Shown piece after piece: positions 40,308 to 53,206 of a DNA stretch of 64,000 nucleotides. This DNA comes from Adineta vaga (taxonomy: Eukaryota > Animalia > Rotifera), in assembly GCA_021613535.1 (NCBI GenBank), contig CP075494.1, positions 14,880,001-14,944,000 of the forward strand. Reading direction: 5' to 3'. Each line of letters starts with the position of its first letter. Position 1 is the stretch's first letter. The position numbers and the translations under genes are program-made. The notes under the pieces were generated by a model. It worked only from the letters and a program-made list of their open reading frames with translations, was not told the origin of the DNA and made no database searches.

Positions 40308-43300
40308 GTTGAAGTTGCAACGGTCGAACCACCGTATCCGAACGAAATTACCGTGTTCACTCGATGGGCATCGACCAAGTGCTTTCCGATTTCATTGGAA
40401 CAGAGATTTAGTTCGGTGAGTGTCTAGATAAGAGAGTGCTGTCAAGGGAGAAGACAGTAGAAGAGTGAATGGAGATTACCGTGTTCACTCGAAGGGCATC
40501 AGCCAAGTGCTGTGCTCCTTCATCTCCGATTCCATTCTGATCGAGATTTAGTTCGGTGAGTGTCTAAAGAAGAGATTGCTGTCAAGGGAGAAGACAATAG
40601 AAGAGTGAATGGAGATTACCGTGTTCACTCGAAGGGCATCAGCCAAGTGCTGTGCTCCTTCATCTCCGATTCCATTCTGATCGAGATTTAGTTCGGTGAG
40701 TGTCTAAAGAAGAGATTGCTGTCAAGGGAGAAGACAGTAGAAGAGTGAATGGAGATTACCGTGTTCACTCGAAGGGCATCAGCCAAGTGCTGTGCTCCTT
40801 GATCTCCGATTTCATTACACTCGAGATCTAGTCTGGTGAGTGTCTAGATAAGAGATTGCTGTCAAGGGAGAAGACAGTAGAAGAGTGAATGGGGATTACC
40901 GTGTTCACTCGAAGCACATCAGCCAAGTGCTGTGCTCCTTCATCTCCGATTCCATTCTGATGGAGATTTAGTTCGGTGAGTGTCTAAAGAAGAGATTGCT
41001 GTCAAGGGAGAAGACAGTAGAAGAGTGAATGGAGATTACCGTGTTCACTCGAAGGGCATCAGCCAAGTGCTGTGCTCCTTCATCTCCGATTCCATTCTGA
41101 TGGAGATCTAGTCTGGTGAGTGTCTAAAGAAGAGATTGCTGTCAAGGGAGAAGACAGTAGAAGAGTGAATGGAGATTACCGTGTTCACTCGAAGGGCATC
41201 AGCCAAGTGCTGTACTCCTTGATATCGGATTGAATTGTGACTGAGGTATAGTGTGGTGAGTGTCTAGATAAGAGAGTGCTGTCAAAGAAGAAGACAGTAG
41301 AAGAGTGAATGGAGATTACCGTGTTCACTCGAAGGGCATCAGCCAAGTGCTGTGCTCCTTCATCTCCGATTCGATTCTGATGGAGATTTAGTTGGGTGAG
41401 TGTCTAGATAAGAGATTGCTGTCAAAGAAGAAGACAGTAGAAGAGTGAATGGAGATTACCGTGTTCACTCGAAGGGCATCAGCCAAGTGCTGTGCGCCTT
41501 GATCTCCGATTTCATTCCAAGCGAGATTTAGTTGGGTGAGTGTCTAAAGAAGAGATTGGTGTCAAAGAAGAAGACAGTAGAAGAGTGAATGGATATTACC
41601 GTGCTCACTCGAAGGGCATCAGCCAAGTGCTGTGCTCCGTCATCTCCGATTCGATTCTGATGGAGATCTAGTTTGGTGAGTGTCTAAAGAAGAGATTGCT
41701 GTCAAGGGAGAAGACAGTAGAAGAGTGAATGGGGATTACCGTGTTCACTCGAAGGGCATCAGCCAAGTGCTGTGCTCCTTGATCTCCGATTCGATTATGA
41801 TGGAGATTTAGTTCGGTGAGTGTCTAAAGAAGAGATTACTGTCAAGGGAGAAGACAGTAGAAGAATGAATGGAGATTACCGTGTTCACTCGAAGGGCAGC
41901 AGCCAAGTGCTGTACTCCTTGATATCGGATTGAATTGTGACTGAGGTATAGTGTGGTGAGTGTCTAGATAAGAGAGTGCTGTCAAAGAAGAAGACAGTAG
42001 AAGAGTGAATGGATATTACCGTGTTCACTCGAAGGACATCAGCTAAGAAGGACCCGTGTGAACAGTAAAGAACTTTAGGTATCTTTGTACTTCTGTATCT
42101 TATACTTTAGTGGGGAGTTAATTACCTCGAACTGATTGGTCTTCTTACTAATATGTGAAAAAGTTGTGAGTAGTTTTTGGTTGGGTTGAAATTAGTGGCG
42201 TAACCATATGTCGTGCGGTGAGTGGGCGTCGCGCTACCAGTTTCTCGAAGATCATATAAGTTGATGCATATATTTTATATATTTTTATTGAGAACAAATG
42301 ATTTCTTATATGATATCGTTTCATTTTATATTTTATTAGGAAATAAATCGTTGATGAAATCAAATCTATCAACTACGATTGGTCAAGTACATTCTCCTCT
42401 CTTTTAGCGGATAGGAGTTTTTCGTAAGTTGAAAAGTTCGAGGTGGAGCGTCGAGTAATTTTGCGAAACTTTTGAAAAACTTGAGAAAATACTGACGTAT
42501 TTTTAGCAGTTCTTCAGCTTTTCTGAACATTTCCTCGGGTGTTCAAGACGTATTCAATGTTGATCGAAAATTTCTAAAAGCGTTTTCAATTTCTTGAATT
42601 TTTTTCGAAATTTCGGAAACAAATCGACTTTTTCTCAAAAAGCTGAAGAATATTTTTGAAATTTTTAATAACTTTTGCTAATATGGTGAGCGAAAAATGA
42701 AATTCGTCAGGATTCGGAAACTTCGTGGCGTCAACAACACAGTGATTAATGGATAACTTATGTTTTAGAAAATATTTGGTTTAAAGCTTATGCATATATT
42801 GTTCTAAAAGTTCGCTTTTCAAGAACTACCGGAGAGTGGGCGAAAACGTTCGGTGAGTGGACGGCGCCCGCTCATGCCCTACCCTGGTTACACCACTAGT
42901 TCAAATAATATTTTCTCTGATTTTGTTTGAAGTGTTGCATTCAAAACTATCGTCTATTGAAAAATTACTTTAGTCTCTTTGTGAGAATGAGTGGAAGAAA
43001 AAGAGAAAAGATTTTGTGAAGAAATGGTGTTGTTCGTTGGCATTCATTGACTGATGTAGTATTTCAGCAAGTAGTGAGAGCTTTGTTCCAGCTGCATCTC
43101 AGGAGGGTTGATGTGAGTGGGTAAGAAAGGGATTGAGTTTATCGGTATTCTCTCGGTTTTGGTACCTATCCTGTTCTTGCGTTTATTCCGCCGGGATAGC
43201 CGGAGACGTGTCGTAGTATACAGATGTGATATATATATTTAAAGAGATCTTTAAAAATTTTGCATAAGTGTTTTGTCTAGTATGTTCTGTGAATTTCGAG

Positions 43301-44814
43301 AAAAAAAGATGAAGTCTATGAAAACCTTCGTTCTTGTATCTTTGTCTTCTTTATACTTGGAATTCTCGTAAAAGTCAGTGAGATTTGTTTGAGCACCATC
43401 AAAGGCAGAATCAGCAATCGACAGAATCAGTGTAGTTTCAGATTCGTCCAAATAAGAACCATCAGGTAAGATATGCTCTAGTATTCTTAACAAGTGATGG
43501 TTTTCTTCGTTCGTATAAATGATTACTGGCACACTTCCATATCGATCTCAATATTTCCTTTACTCTTTATGATGTTTTCTTCGGTCGTTTCTTTCTTTTA
43601 TACTGTAATGTAAACAAGTTTTTGTTAATGGGGATAATTGAATAGACACCTATTCTGTGAACGGCGGTGATATATTCGCGATACTCCTTTATGTTAAACA
43701 ATGTCTAGAAGCTGGTTCTCTTGGGTACATTGTAATAAAAAAAAATCTTCTATCACCGGCTCATCTCTTGTTTCTCTTTATTTGTTTCTACATGTCGCTA
43801 GACATCAAGTCAATCAACGTGTTAAAAAGAAGAAATATACTCATTACTTAGATTGTAGTTTTAATGATCAATTTAAAATCCATACAGAAAATAGTATACT
43901 TTAACGAAACCATATTATACTTATAACTTCTTCAGAAAGCAATAAGGGAATAAATCAACTTAGAATATTTCACAACTAAATTCTACAAGATAGTAGTACC
44001 GTGATTCCTAAAGTCTTTCGTCACTTCGAGAGATTTTCTCGTATAGTTGTGCATGTTGGTTTGTGATTTGATTACATTGGGAGTTTAGTTCAGTAACTGT
44101 CAGTCTATCTGCGTATGGAGAGAGGAAATCTATGCTATATTTACATTATCTATTTATCTTTTCTTATATAGAAATAGGTCAATAGCGAAAATAATTTGGA
44201 ATTACTGGTTAGTGGTTGTTAGTAGATGATGACGGTGTAGCGGAGGAAATCAACTATAAGATATACAGGGAGAATGTAATGCGTTTACGTACTTTTACAA
44301 TGTTAGAGGAATAGACTTAGACTGCCTATGTATGGACTTGACATTATTCAGTATTATTGATGGACATCTTAAGTCATCCTCTACAACTGCTGTGATAAAA
44401 ACAAGATTTAGTCCATCGATATAAACAGTGAAGTATCATACGAGAAGGTATTGGTATTTATCAAAAAGTCCCTTCGAACGGTAAACAAATATCAGAATGA
44501 TCATGATCTAGAACATAAAACTACCTTTATCATCTTTATCTTGCCCTTATAAGACATGTGCAAAGAACATTCAATACCGTGATTGAGTGATTATTTAACT
44601 TGTCTTTCAGTTAATTCACTATAGATGATATCATATGTCTTCTACAAAAGTATCGATTTACCTGATATCGATGATAGGTATTCAGAATTTGATTGAGACG
44701 ATGGCAAACGTTTTGTACCGAGCAAATGAGACTGAAGTCATTCAGATTGTCAAGAATTCTATAAACGAATTCGACAGGTAATGTGACGAAAGTTGGCATA
44801 GTTTTTGTATTCAT
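40292..44814 (-). CDS. Putative F-box + RI-type LRR protein (F-box exon 44662-44814 spliced to the LRR exon array); integrity uncertain
   Basis: F-box TFVTLPVEFVYRILDNLNDFSLICSVQNVCHRLNQIL ends in a phase-0 donor (CAG|gtaaat) compatible with the phase-0 LRR exons. The last exon can read through to TAA at 40292. The intervening ~2.7 kb contains a MITE and decayed sequence. Confidence 0.65.
40352..42045 (-). repeat. Tandem array of 140-bp units, each an 84-nt ribonuclease-inhibitor/NLRC3-type LRR exon plus a 56-nt GT-AG intron (11 full exons, one shortened 72-nt last exon, one 5'-truncated exon)
   Basis: Exon starts at 41963, 41823 ... 40423, exactly 140 apart. Consensus TLTELNLxQNxIGDEGAQHLADALRVNT. 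Intron gtaatctccattcactcttctactgtcttctcccttgacagcaatctcttctttag. Confidence 0.97.
42193..42898. mobile_element. Non-autonomous hAT-like DNA transposon (MITE), ~706 bp
   Basis: 14-bp TIRs TAGTGGCGTAACCA / TGGTTACACCACTA (1 mismatch). Flanking 8-mers GTTGAAAT / GTTCAAAT (7/8 TSD). Subterminal GGTGAGTGG(G/A)CG motifs at both ends. No transposase ORF. Confidence 0.82.
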
Positions 44815-46479
44815 TTTTTATGTGTTATTATTTGTTTGTGATCGATCGAATGCGTTGCTGTCTCCTTCCACTCGATGATTTCTCTGCTCAGGGTTGTGCA
44901 ATCTCTTAGTTTATACAGAGAATGTGAAGAAAAAAAACAATTATGTAAATATAGACTTCGTACAAACAGATGGCGTTATAGGATGTTTGTCTTCGATTCG
45001 TAATTTTGAATTTCGTTCACTTCACAGTTTATAACTAAATGTAAAAAGTTTGCTTCTATCATTCTCAATTACAGATATAGGACAGATAAAAAGAATCTAA
45101 AATTCGATTGCTATCAAATTCTGAAAGAGTGTGATACAGTACATCTCCATCATATTTGATATCGTGCCATTTCGTCGTGATAGTGCTTATAATATTATAC
45201 CGAAAAAACTTTGTATGAAATTCATGAGATAAATATAAACCAAAATAGCCTGAATAATAAATTTACAGTGTCAATCAGAATCGATTATAAACAGATATAT
45301 TGTATAATCTGTGCCGTGTTAATGTTAAAAAATGTCTCCTACATTCACGTCTAATTTTGCAAAGTCTTCGGTTTACCTATGCTTACGATACATAGATTGA
45401 AGAGAAACTGTTCTTTTATTACATCTGAGTAGATCATTGAAATTATTTGCATCATAAAAATATCTATCAATCAACAATTATCCCCACATGCTGTTGATAC
45501 AGAAGTGTATAAAAAGATAATCAATTTTTAGTGTACTATACAGTATCGTACAAAATACATTTCTCAGAAGTCTTTTGGTTTTGTTCAAGTGCAAAAAGTT
45601 CCTGAAATCATTTTTTCCGGTATTTTTATTCCACATAATCCAAGCTAGTTGGAAGACTTTCAGTTATTCTTAAGTTAAATATAAGCTTAATTTTCTTTTG
45701 TGAGAAAGAAATAATCATCGCAAACTCAACTAGATTGGTTATTTCTCTGCCATGCTCAATTAATTTTTTTGACCGAGTATAGAAGGATGTGTTCCCAGGT
45801 CGAACAATATGGTCTGTCTATAGCCTATTACGATGTCATAGCAAACTATAACATAGTAACAGCTTTGTCAGGATTTACGTTTCGAAGACGCATTGTGAAC
45901 GCCTCCGCTTAGATCGTTCTGAATATGGTGCTCAAATCTCGTGTATCAGCATGAGAAGAATTGGTAGCAAATACTAATGCTCTGCACATGGGCAACATTA
46001 TGGATCGACTTTCAACAATCCTTTCAAGAAATATTAACCCAATCAATTAATACTTCAAAGAAACAACATGCTAGAAACATCCCGATCGATACAATCTTGA
46101 CTGAATTTACTTTTAATAAAAAGCAACCATTATTGTTCGGTTTTTTAAAATTTTCGCTCAACATGAACAAATCTTTTTTTGTCTTTTCTCATGAAATAAA
46201 AGGATGTTTGAAGGTGAGGATTATATGTATATTTTCGTACTTTCATTCCCACATTACTGACTCTCAGCCAATATGATGATCTTGCCATTTTATATACTGA
46301 TATGCATGAAATAAATTCTTCATTTATTGAATATTGCTTGTTCTTTTTTTTATTTTCATTCACTGGTAATTCAAAAAATACTGTTCCATTATGACAAAAA
46401 CAAAGAAAAGAATACAGATGACGAATAAATGCGCATATGAAAACAAAAGAAAGTAAAAAGCAGATTAAATAAAATTTGT

Positions 46480-49400
46480 TCATTTATCATTGGTACTATC
46501 AAAAGGAAGCAAAGGAATTTCTTCATTATCACTATTAGCTACTGTTGTTTGCTGTTCAGTATCAAATAATGATGCAGTTATTTCTGAATTTAATGACGAC
46601 GATTGTGTCATAGTAGGATCAATTTCATTATTTGTTGACACATGAGATTGTGATGAAATATGTAATGGAAATATATCTTTGACATGAGTAATTGTTCGTG
46701 TCGTTGATTCAATAACACCGAGTGTACTCTCATTTGATGTTATACCAGATCGTGTTAATGGAATCAGAAATTTCACATTTTTTGGCCCTGAAACAATGGA
46801 TACTTTATCATTGGAATTATTTATTGCATTATGTGATGTTGTGTGCAAAAATTGACTTAGTGCAGCGTTGAGTGCATTATTTTCAGAATAGACTTGATAA
46901 TCGTTAAAAGAATCATTTGAATGAAGAGTTTCAGGACCATTTGTTTGTACTCTTGGATTCGATACGGCTTGAACACGAAATCGTGAACGTCTAGACAGAG
47001 AAAAAAGAATTCTGATCATCATCATGAATTGTTCGAAAAACAAAATCTCACAATTCTTCTTCTCGTTTTGCTCGTACCCAATTAGTAAACAATATCCAAT
47101 CACCAAATGCCATCGAAAGAATCTGAACAAAGATGTGAAGTATGATAAAGAATATCTTGTGTAATATACTCTTACTTGTTTCAATTCCTCAAGTTGACAG
47201 GCTGCTAGCACTTGACCAGTTATATTATTCTCATTTAAATCGTGAATATAGATTGATATCATGGTTGGTTTCAAACCAACAATATCATTTTTTAAACAAT
47301 CACAAATATCATTGACAGTCATTTCACTCAATGGTGGTGATAGATCAATCTATTGATTATTGAAAAGAAACATGTTCAAATCGAGAATCCAAACAATGAA
47401 GATATACCTTAACAGCTGCATCAGCATTATTCATCGAAGGTTGTTGCTGTTCAATTAATGACTGTGGTATAGGTGGTGTTGATGACGAAAGAGACGTTGT
47501 TCGAAGACGACTGTCATCTTGATCTCGTCGTTTCATTAGGATCGGCGGATATGGACGATATGGATTTACTATACAGTAGAGGAAAATAACTCATAAGTAT
47601 GAGTCAATTGAAATAATCGTTAGAATTAGATTTACCTAAATGATGTTTTGAATAATATCCACTTTTATGTCGAGCATATGGTAGAGATTGGATGTATCCA
47701 CCATGTTCATCAAAACTAGAAAAGTAAACGAATAAATTAGAAATCGAAATCTTGATAAAATGAAAGCAGTATCCATGCATTTTCGAAAATAGTCTAAGAA
47801 ACTCTGATATTTTCTTTACCATTCATTACAGTGACAATGAAACAAACTTCTGAACAAAATAATTATATTAACATACATCAATTACTTTCAATCAATTTAT
47901 TATTATTTACTTACGCATGATCATGTCGTGGAAAAAATCGTGACATATCACCATTTACAAAACCATTTTCATCAGAATTATTCATATAAAAATATGATGG
48001 TGATTCTAGATCATATGAAAAAATTTGTTTTTAACATTCAAATGAATAAATGATATACCTCGAATAATTTTATTCAAATATGGATCAAGATTGCAAGTAC
48101 ACGGAAGAAATTGTTTCAGATCTGTAACATTTAAAACCGGTTCACTTTCTTCGATACAAAGTTCAAATTTTCGTCCATTACGATCAAGTTCTAATAGTGG
48201 ATCATTCGATATTGGAATGAATGGTTTAATTCTAAATACAAACAAAAACAGCACATTCATTCACATCAAAATTCAATTCTGAGAATTTACTTATTGAAAA
48301 GAACTTTCAATGCTGTATCTTCAGAATATTCTTCTTCATGATCTTCATAGTGTACAATGATCCAAGTCATACGATATGGCCATTGTTCAACTAAATATGA
48401 CCAACAACCAAGACGTTTCCAACTAAATAGTACTTGATTAGCTCGTAATAATCGACCTGTCATAGCAATAATATTTATCAAACGTTGAAGAATTCGTGGA
48501 TTAATATCAAGAAAATAATCGGATTGAAGTAATTGATGAGTCAATTCAGACGTTGTGACCTAATGAACAAATATGGAAATTCATTTAATGAAAAAGTGAA
48601 TTAAACATACTGGTTTAGTATTTGGTAATGTGTCTCGTCTTTGTCGACGTCGTTTATTTTTGGAAAGTTTTTCAACTGTTGGTGCTTTTGCACTTACATC
48701 AAGAGTCGATGTACCATTTGATAATGTCTAGAATGAAAATAGACGACAATTTCATGAAATATAAATAGAATAATTATTATTAACTAATTGTCTCTTTTTA
48801 GAAAAACCATCAGCATTCTTTCTCATTTGTTTTGTTCGACTTAGATTTAATTGTAGATAAATTGGAAGTTGAATAATTGATAAGAGATAATCACGACCAT
48901 TGACTGTTGTATCAAAACCAGCATTTTGATTCGGTACGGCTGTTGTTGTTGCTGTTGTTGTCGTCATATCTTGCATCATTTTATGTGGATCACAAACAAT
49001 TAAAGTTATAAATGGATCATTTTCTTTCGATAAAAGAACATGTACTTGCTAGAATGAAAAATTACCAAAAAAAACAACTGGAATTTTCTGAAAGATTTTG
49101 TTTACATCAAGAATTTGAAGTACACGTTGTTGTTCACAAACATCTAAACCATCAATAAGAACAACAAGACGAGTATTAATACCAAGGAAAGCTTCAACAG
49201 TTTTAATGATGTAAGATAATTGACTAACCTATAAAAACTATGATGACTACATTTGATTTGATAAAGATTTTATACTTCTTTTCTTAGTCGATATAGAGAT
49301 GTATCATTTAGACGAGAGACATGATCGGAATATTTAATAATTTTCGATTTTGGTGATTTCATTAAACGTTTTATCAATCGAAAACATGCACCCAAAGTAA

Positions 49401-52305
49401 ATACAATTGAAGCTCCCAATGTACTTATCAGTACAATATAAGCTGTATTAACTGAACGATGAATAGATGGTACACCATTGACTAAGGCTAAGATACTTAA
49501 AGTTGTGACAAGAGAAATTTGAAATAGGACATAAATGAATGCAGGTACACAGCAAAGATGTCGAAATCGATGATGACTTGTATCTAAACAATGAAAGAAA
49601 TTATAATTTCTAAACTGCAATTAGTTCATGTCAGATAAACCTTTGGAATGTAATGCTCGACAAAGACGTGTAGCTACAATTCCAAATGTTTCCTCTACAC
49701 TCGTTGATAATTCAGCAATCATTCCTGCACTTGCTTTATCTCCATCTACAGTTGATACTTTACCATATTCCGTAAAAATAAATCTAAATAATTACATTAA
49801 TTAGATTTAATGAAGCTATTTAAAGATTTAAAAAGAATCTATACTTCATCTTTTTACAATCTGATGTATCATTTATTTTCGATCGACAATGTGCATAAGG
49901 ATTCATAAAAAGAACTTGAAGTAAAAATCGTAAGATTTCTAAACGTTTAGTAATAAATTGTGCAACATTTGCTGTCCATAGGTAATCTTTATTGCGAAGA
50001 AGATATTTAATAAGAAAGAGAAATCCAAGTGGGATAGTGAATAATGCTACTCCAAGTGAAATACCAAGAATAAAATGAATAGAAAAGCCAGTTATTAAAC
50101 CAACAACGGATGCGATAATGAAAATAACTGAAAGAAATAATGGAGAAATTTTCATTGTAGGAAAATCTAAAAGAAAAAATTCAGAGAAATTTCTACAAAA
50201 AGATTTACAAATCTAACAATACCAGTCAATTGTGCAAAACTATACATTTCATCTAAAACATACAAATTACAATAGATATAATTTAGAAAGAAAAATCATC
50301 ATGTACCTTTGAGATGTGTTAATAAAGCAGATTTTCCACTACCCCATTTAGCATATAAACCCTAGGTAAATCAAAAGAATGAAAATACTTACAAATTAAA
50401 CAAGTATTAAAATACTTACGACAGTAATTGGTGTTCGTAGAGATGGTTCACTTAATATTTCGGCTAATGCTGATGAATAGAGATCATAACCAAGAATAGA
50501 ATCATCATTTAAATTCAATGTTCCTATTGTTTCAAAAACAAAAGATTGAATCACTAGTCGACAGTAGATTTCTTGATTGAATGTACATACGTTGTCCAAA
50601 AATAGTTGTAAGAATACTTTTTTGAAGATTAGCATCGATTTTGTAAGGTGTTTCACCACGTTTGTTTGGACGATATAAATATTTTGCATGACGAGGATTA
50701 GAAAGTAATATATCAGCAATATCTCGACTACGATTACGTAGAGCAACATGTAAACTATTATCACCGAACTAGAAAACAAAATTATTCAAAAATTTATTCC
50801 TAAGAATCAATGAAGAGTTGCAACTTGATCAACAGATGATAATCGAGCACCATGTTTAATCAATTCATAAACTATTCCAACACGTTTTCGTTTGGTTGCT
50901 AATAGTAATGGGGTATCATCATCTGAACCACCCGATACTTCAATATCAGGATTATATTGAAGTAAATGTTTAACAATATTTATTCGACCACATTCAACAG
51001 CCCACCAAATTGCTGTTTTATTATCCTATTTATTCGAATAAAATCAAATTTATGAGAATGATACTTAAAAGGTGAACTTACGTCACCAATAGCATCTATA
51101 TCAGCATGATTATCAAGTAGAATTCCAACACAATCTTCACTTCCACCTTTAACAGCAGAAAATAGAACTGGATCACCATTCTAAATAAATATTCATTCAA
51201 TAGAAAATCGAATCAAGAATGAATAGTATACTTTATCAACTGTATTCACATATGCATGACGTTGAACAAGTTCAACGACAACATCTGTCAAACCTTGAGA
51301 ACAAGCATAACTCAATGCAGTTTGTCCATCCTATTATGACATTAGAATAAAAAATTTCAAATGAGAAAAAGAACCTTCTTAATCATTACTTTATCTTGTA
51401 TTTTGATATCAATTGTTCGATTTTCTAAAAGACGAAGAGCTGTTTCAGCATAGCCACCTTTTGTAGCAGTAAGTAATGCCGTCATATTTTTCATTCCAAT
51501 ATTATTCACACTAGCATTATATTTCAATAATACATCAACTACTCTTGTATATCCTAATAAATACGAAATATAGAATAGATTATCAAGATAATCATCTCAT
51601 CTCTACCTCGTCGACTAGCCCATATTAATGGTGTTGTATTATTTTTATCGCATAGATTTGGCGAAGCACCAGCAATAAGTAATAATTTTACAATATTAAT
51701 ATAATCTCGTCCTGATGCCCAACTTAAACTTGAGATTCCATGTTCATCGATAGTGTCAACATTAGCACCACATGTTAATAAATATTCGACAACTTTCGTA
51801 TGGCCTTGATAAGATGCCCACATCAATGGAGTAAAATGTCCCTACATAATCAAAAATAGAAGATTAATTTTCTTTTTAATTTTTGTCTATTTAAAACTTA
51901 CACAATCCGAATGTTCTATTTGAGCATCATGTTCAATAAGTAAACGTACCATATCTAAATTTCCATTTTGACATGCATTAAGTAATGCAGTCCAACCATC
52001 CTGAAATAAGAACTAATTCAACAAGAAAATAACTATTGTTCGACTTACCACATCTTCTGCATTGACATCAGCATGAGCTTCAATAAGAAATTTTACACAA
52101 TCGAAATGATTACATCGTGCAGCTAAGATAAGTGCTGTTTGATTATCCTAAAATATGAAGTTTGTTTTTTCTGTGCGATTTTCATTTGATTTTCTCTCAC
52201 TTCATCACGAGTTTCTAAATCAATACCATTTGTAATATTTCGTTTAACAGCTACGAAATCTCCATGTTCAACATCAAGTAGAAATTGAACAAAAACATTA
52301 GCCAT
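46480..52305 (-). CDS. KIDINS220: Kidins220/ARMS: ankyrin repeats + KAP P-loop NTPase with TM insert + SAM-like domain (multi-exon)
   Basis: Multiple ankyrin exons. [19 protein letters not shown], Walker [14 protein letters not shown] segments, Walker [45 protein letters not shown]. Confidence 0.95.
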
Positions 52306-53206
52306 TCAGATCTATCTGAAAGATAGGATCCATAGACAAAACTTTCATTCTCTACACACATTACTTCAACGAAGAGTCTTTCTATACATTGCAAACTTAC
52401 CTATAACGTATTTATAATAGCTATCAAGTCATTGAATTATTTTACATATGAAACAATTTATTTGAATACTTATAATATTATACGATTGCTTTCATATTCA
52501 AAGATTTAACTTACCGGAAAAATCATATGGATACAAAAAAATTTCCTTCGTTCAGTTTCGTATATCGTAACTATGATACTATCGTTCGTGATATCTAATT
52601 TTAACTGGTAAATGTTGTACATTTTCCAACGATTACTAAGCGTATGATTTATGTATCGAAGCAATATTTCAAAAATGTATAGTTCTGTGCAAAATACTTG
52701 TGCATAAATAGAATCGATAGCGAGGAGAGCAATAAAATAACAGAACAGGAACAAACACATTATTTTCAAAGAAACGTGCGGCAGTAAAAAGACTGTGTCT
52801 CTTTGGTAAACACACTCTTTTATTAGTGCTTAATATTTATCTTAACCAATATATTTATAGGTCGGCTGTAATCCCTAAGGTATTTCGAAAGGTTTTTATT
52901 TTTATACGCATATCCAACTGTCAAAAAAAGTCTTGGAGCTAAAGAATCTCGTTGGTTATTTGTAGAATACGAATCGGAATGATAAAGTCGACAGAGGACA
53001 GTAGTTGATAAAAGAAGAAGACTATAACAGCACTTTTAGACCATGCACAAGTCTTCCTCGAAAGGATTCACTTCTCTCGCTCAATATTATACGTATTTTC
53101 TAGTAATTCAGATGTTTTTGTAGACATAAAATTACAATTTTTATTTTTTTTGTAAAGCTAAATCGATGATAATGATAAAAAGAATTATATGTTTATTGTT
53201 ATAAAT

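Noticed and set aside
40352-42045. CRISPR array interpretation of the constant/variable 140-bp periodicity
   Set aside because: The units are spliceosomal exon+intron pairs encoding LRRs, the variable parts are homologous to each other, there are no cas genes, and the context is eukaryotic.
43050-43800. GC-richer tract and 93-aa ORF as a Penelope/Athena retroelement with hammerhead ribozyme
   Set aside because: No CTGANGA...GAAA core with supporting stems and no RT motifs found.
45720-46276. Possible MULE transposase relic (VEQYGLSIAY)
   Set aside because: Similarity limited to a few residues, and no TIRs or catalytic motifs seen.
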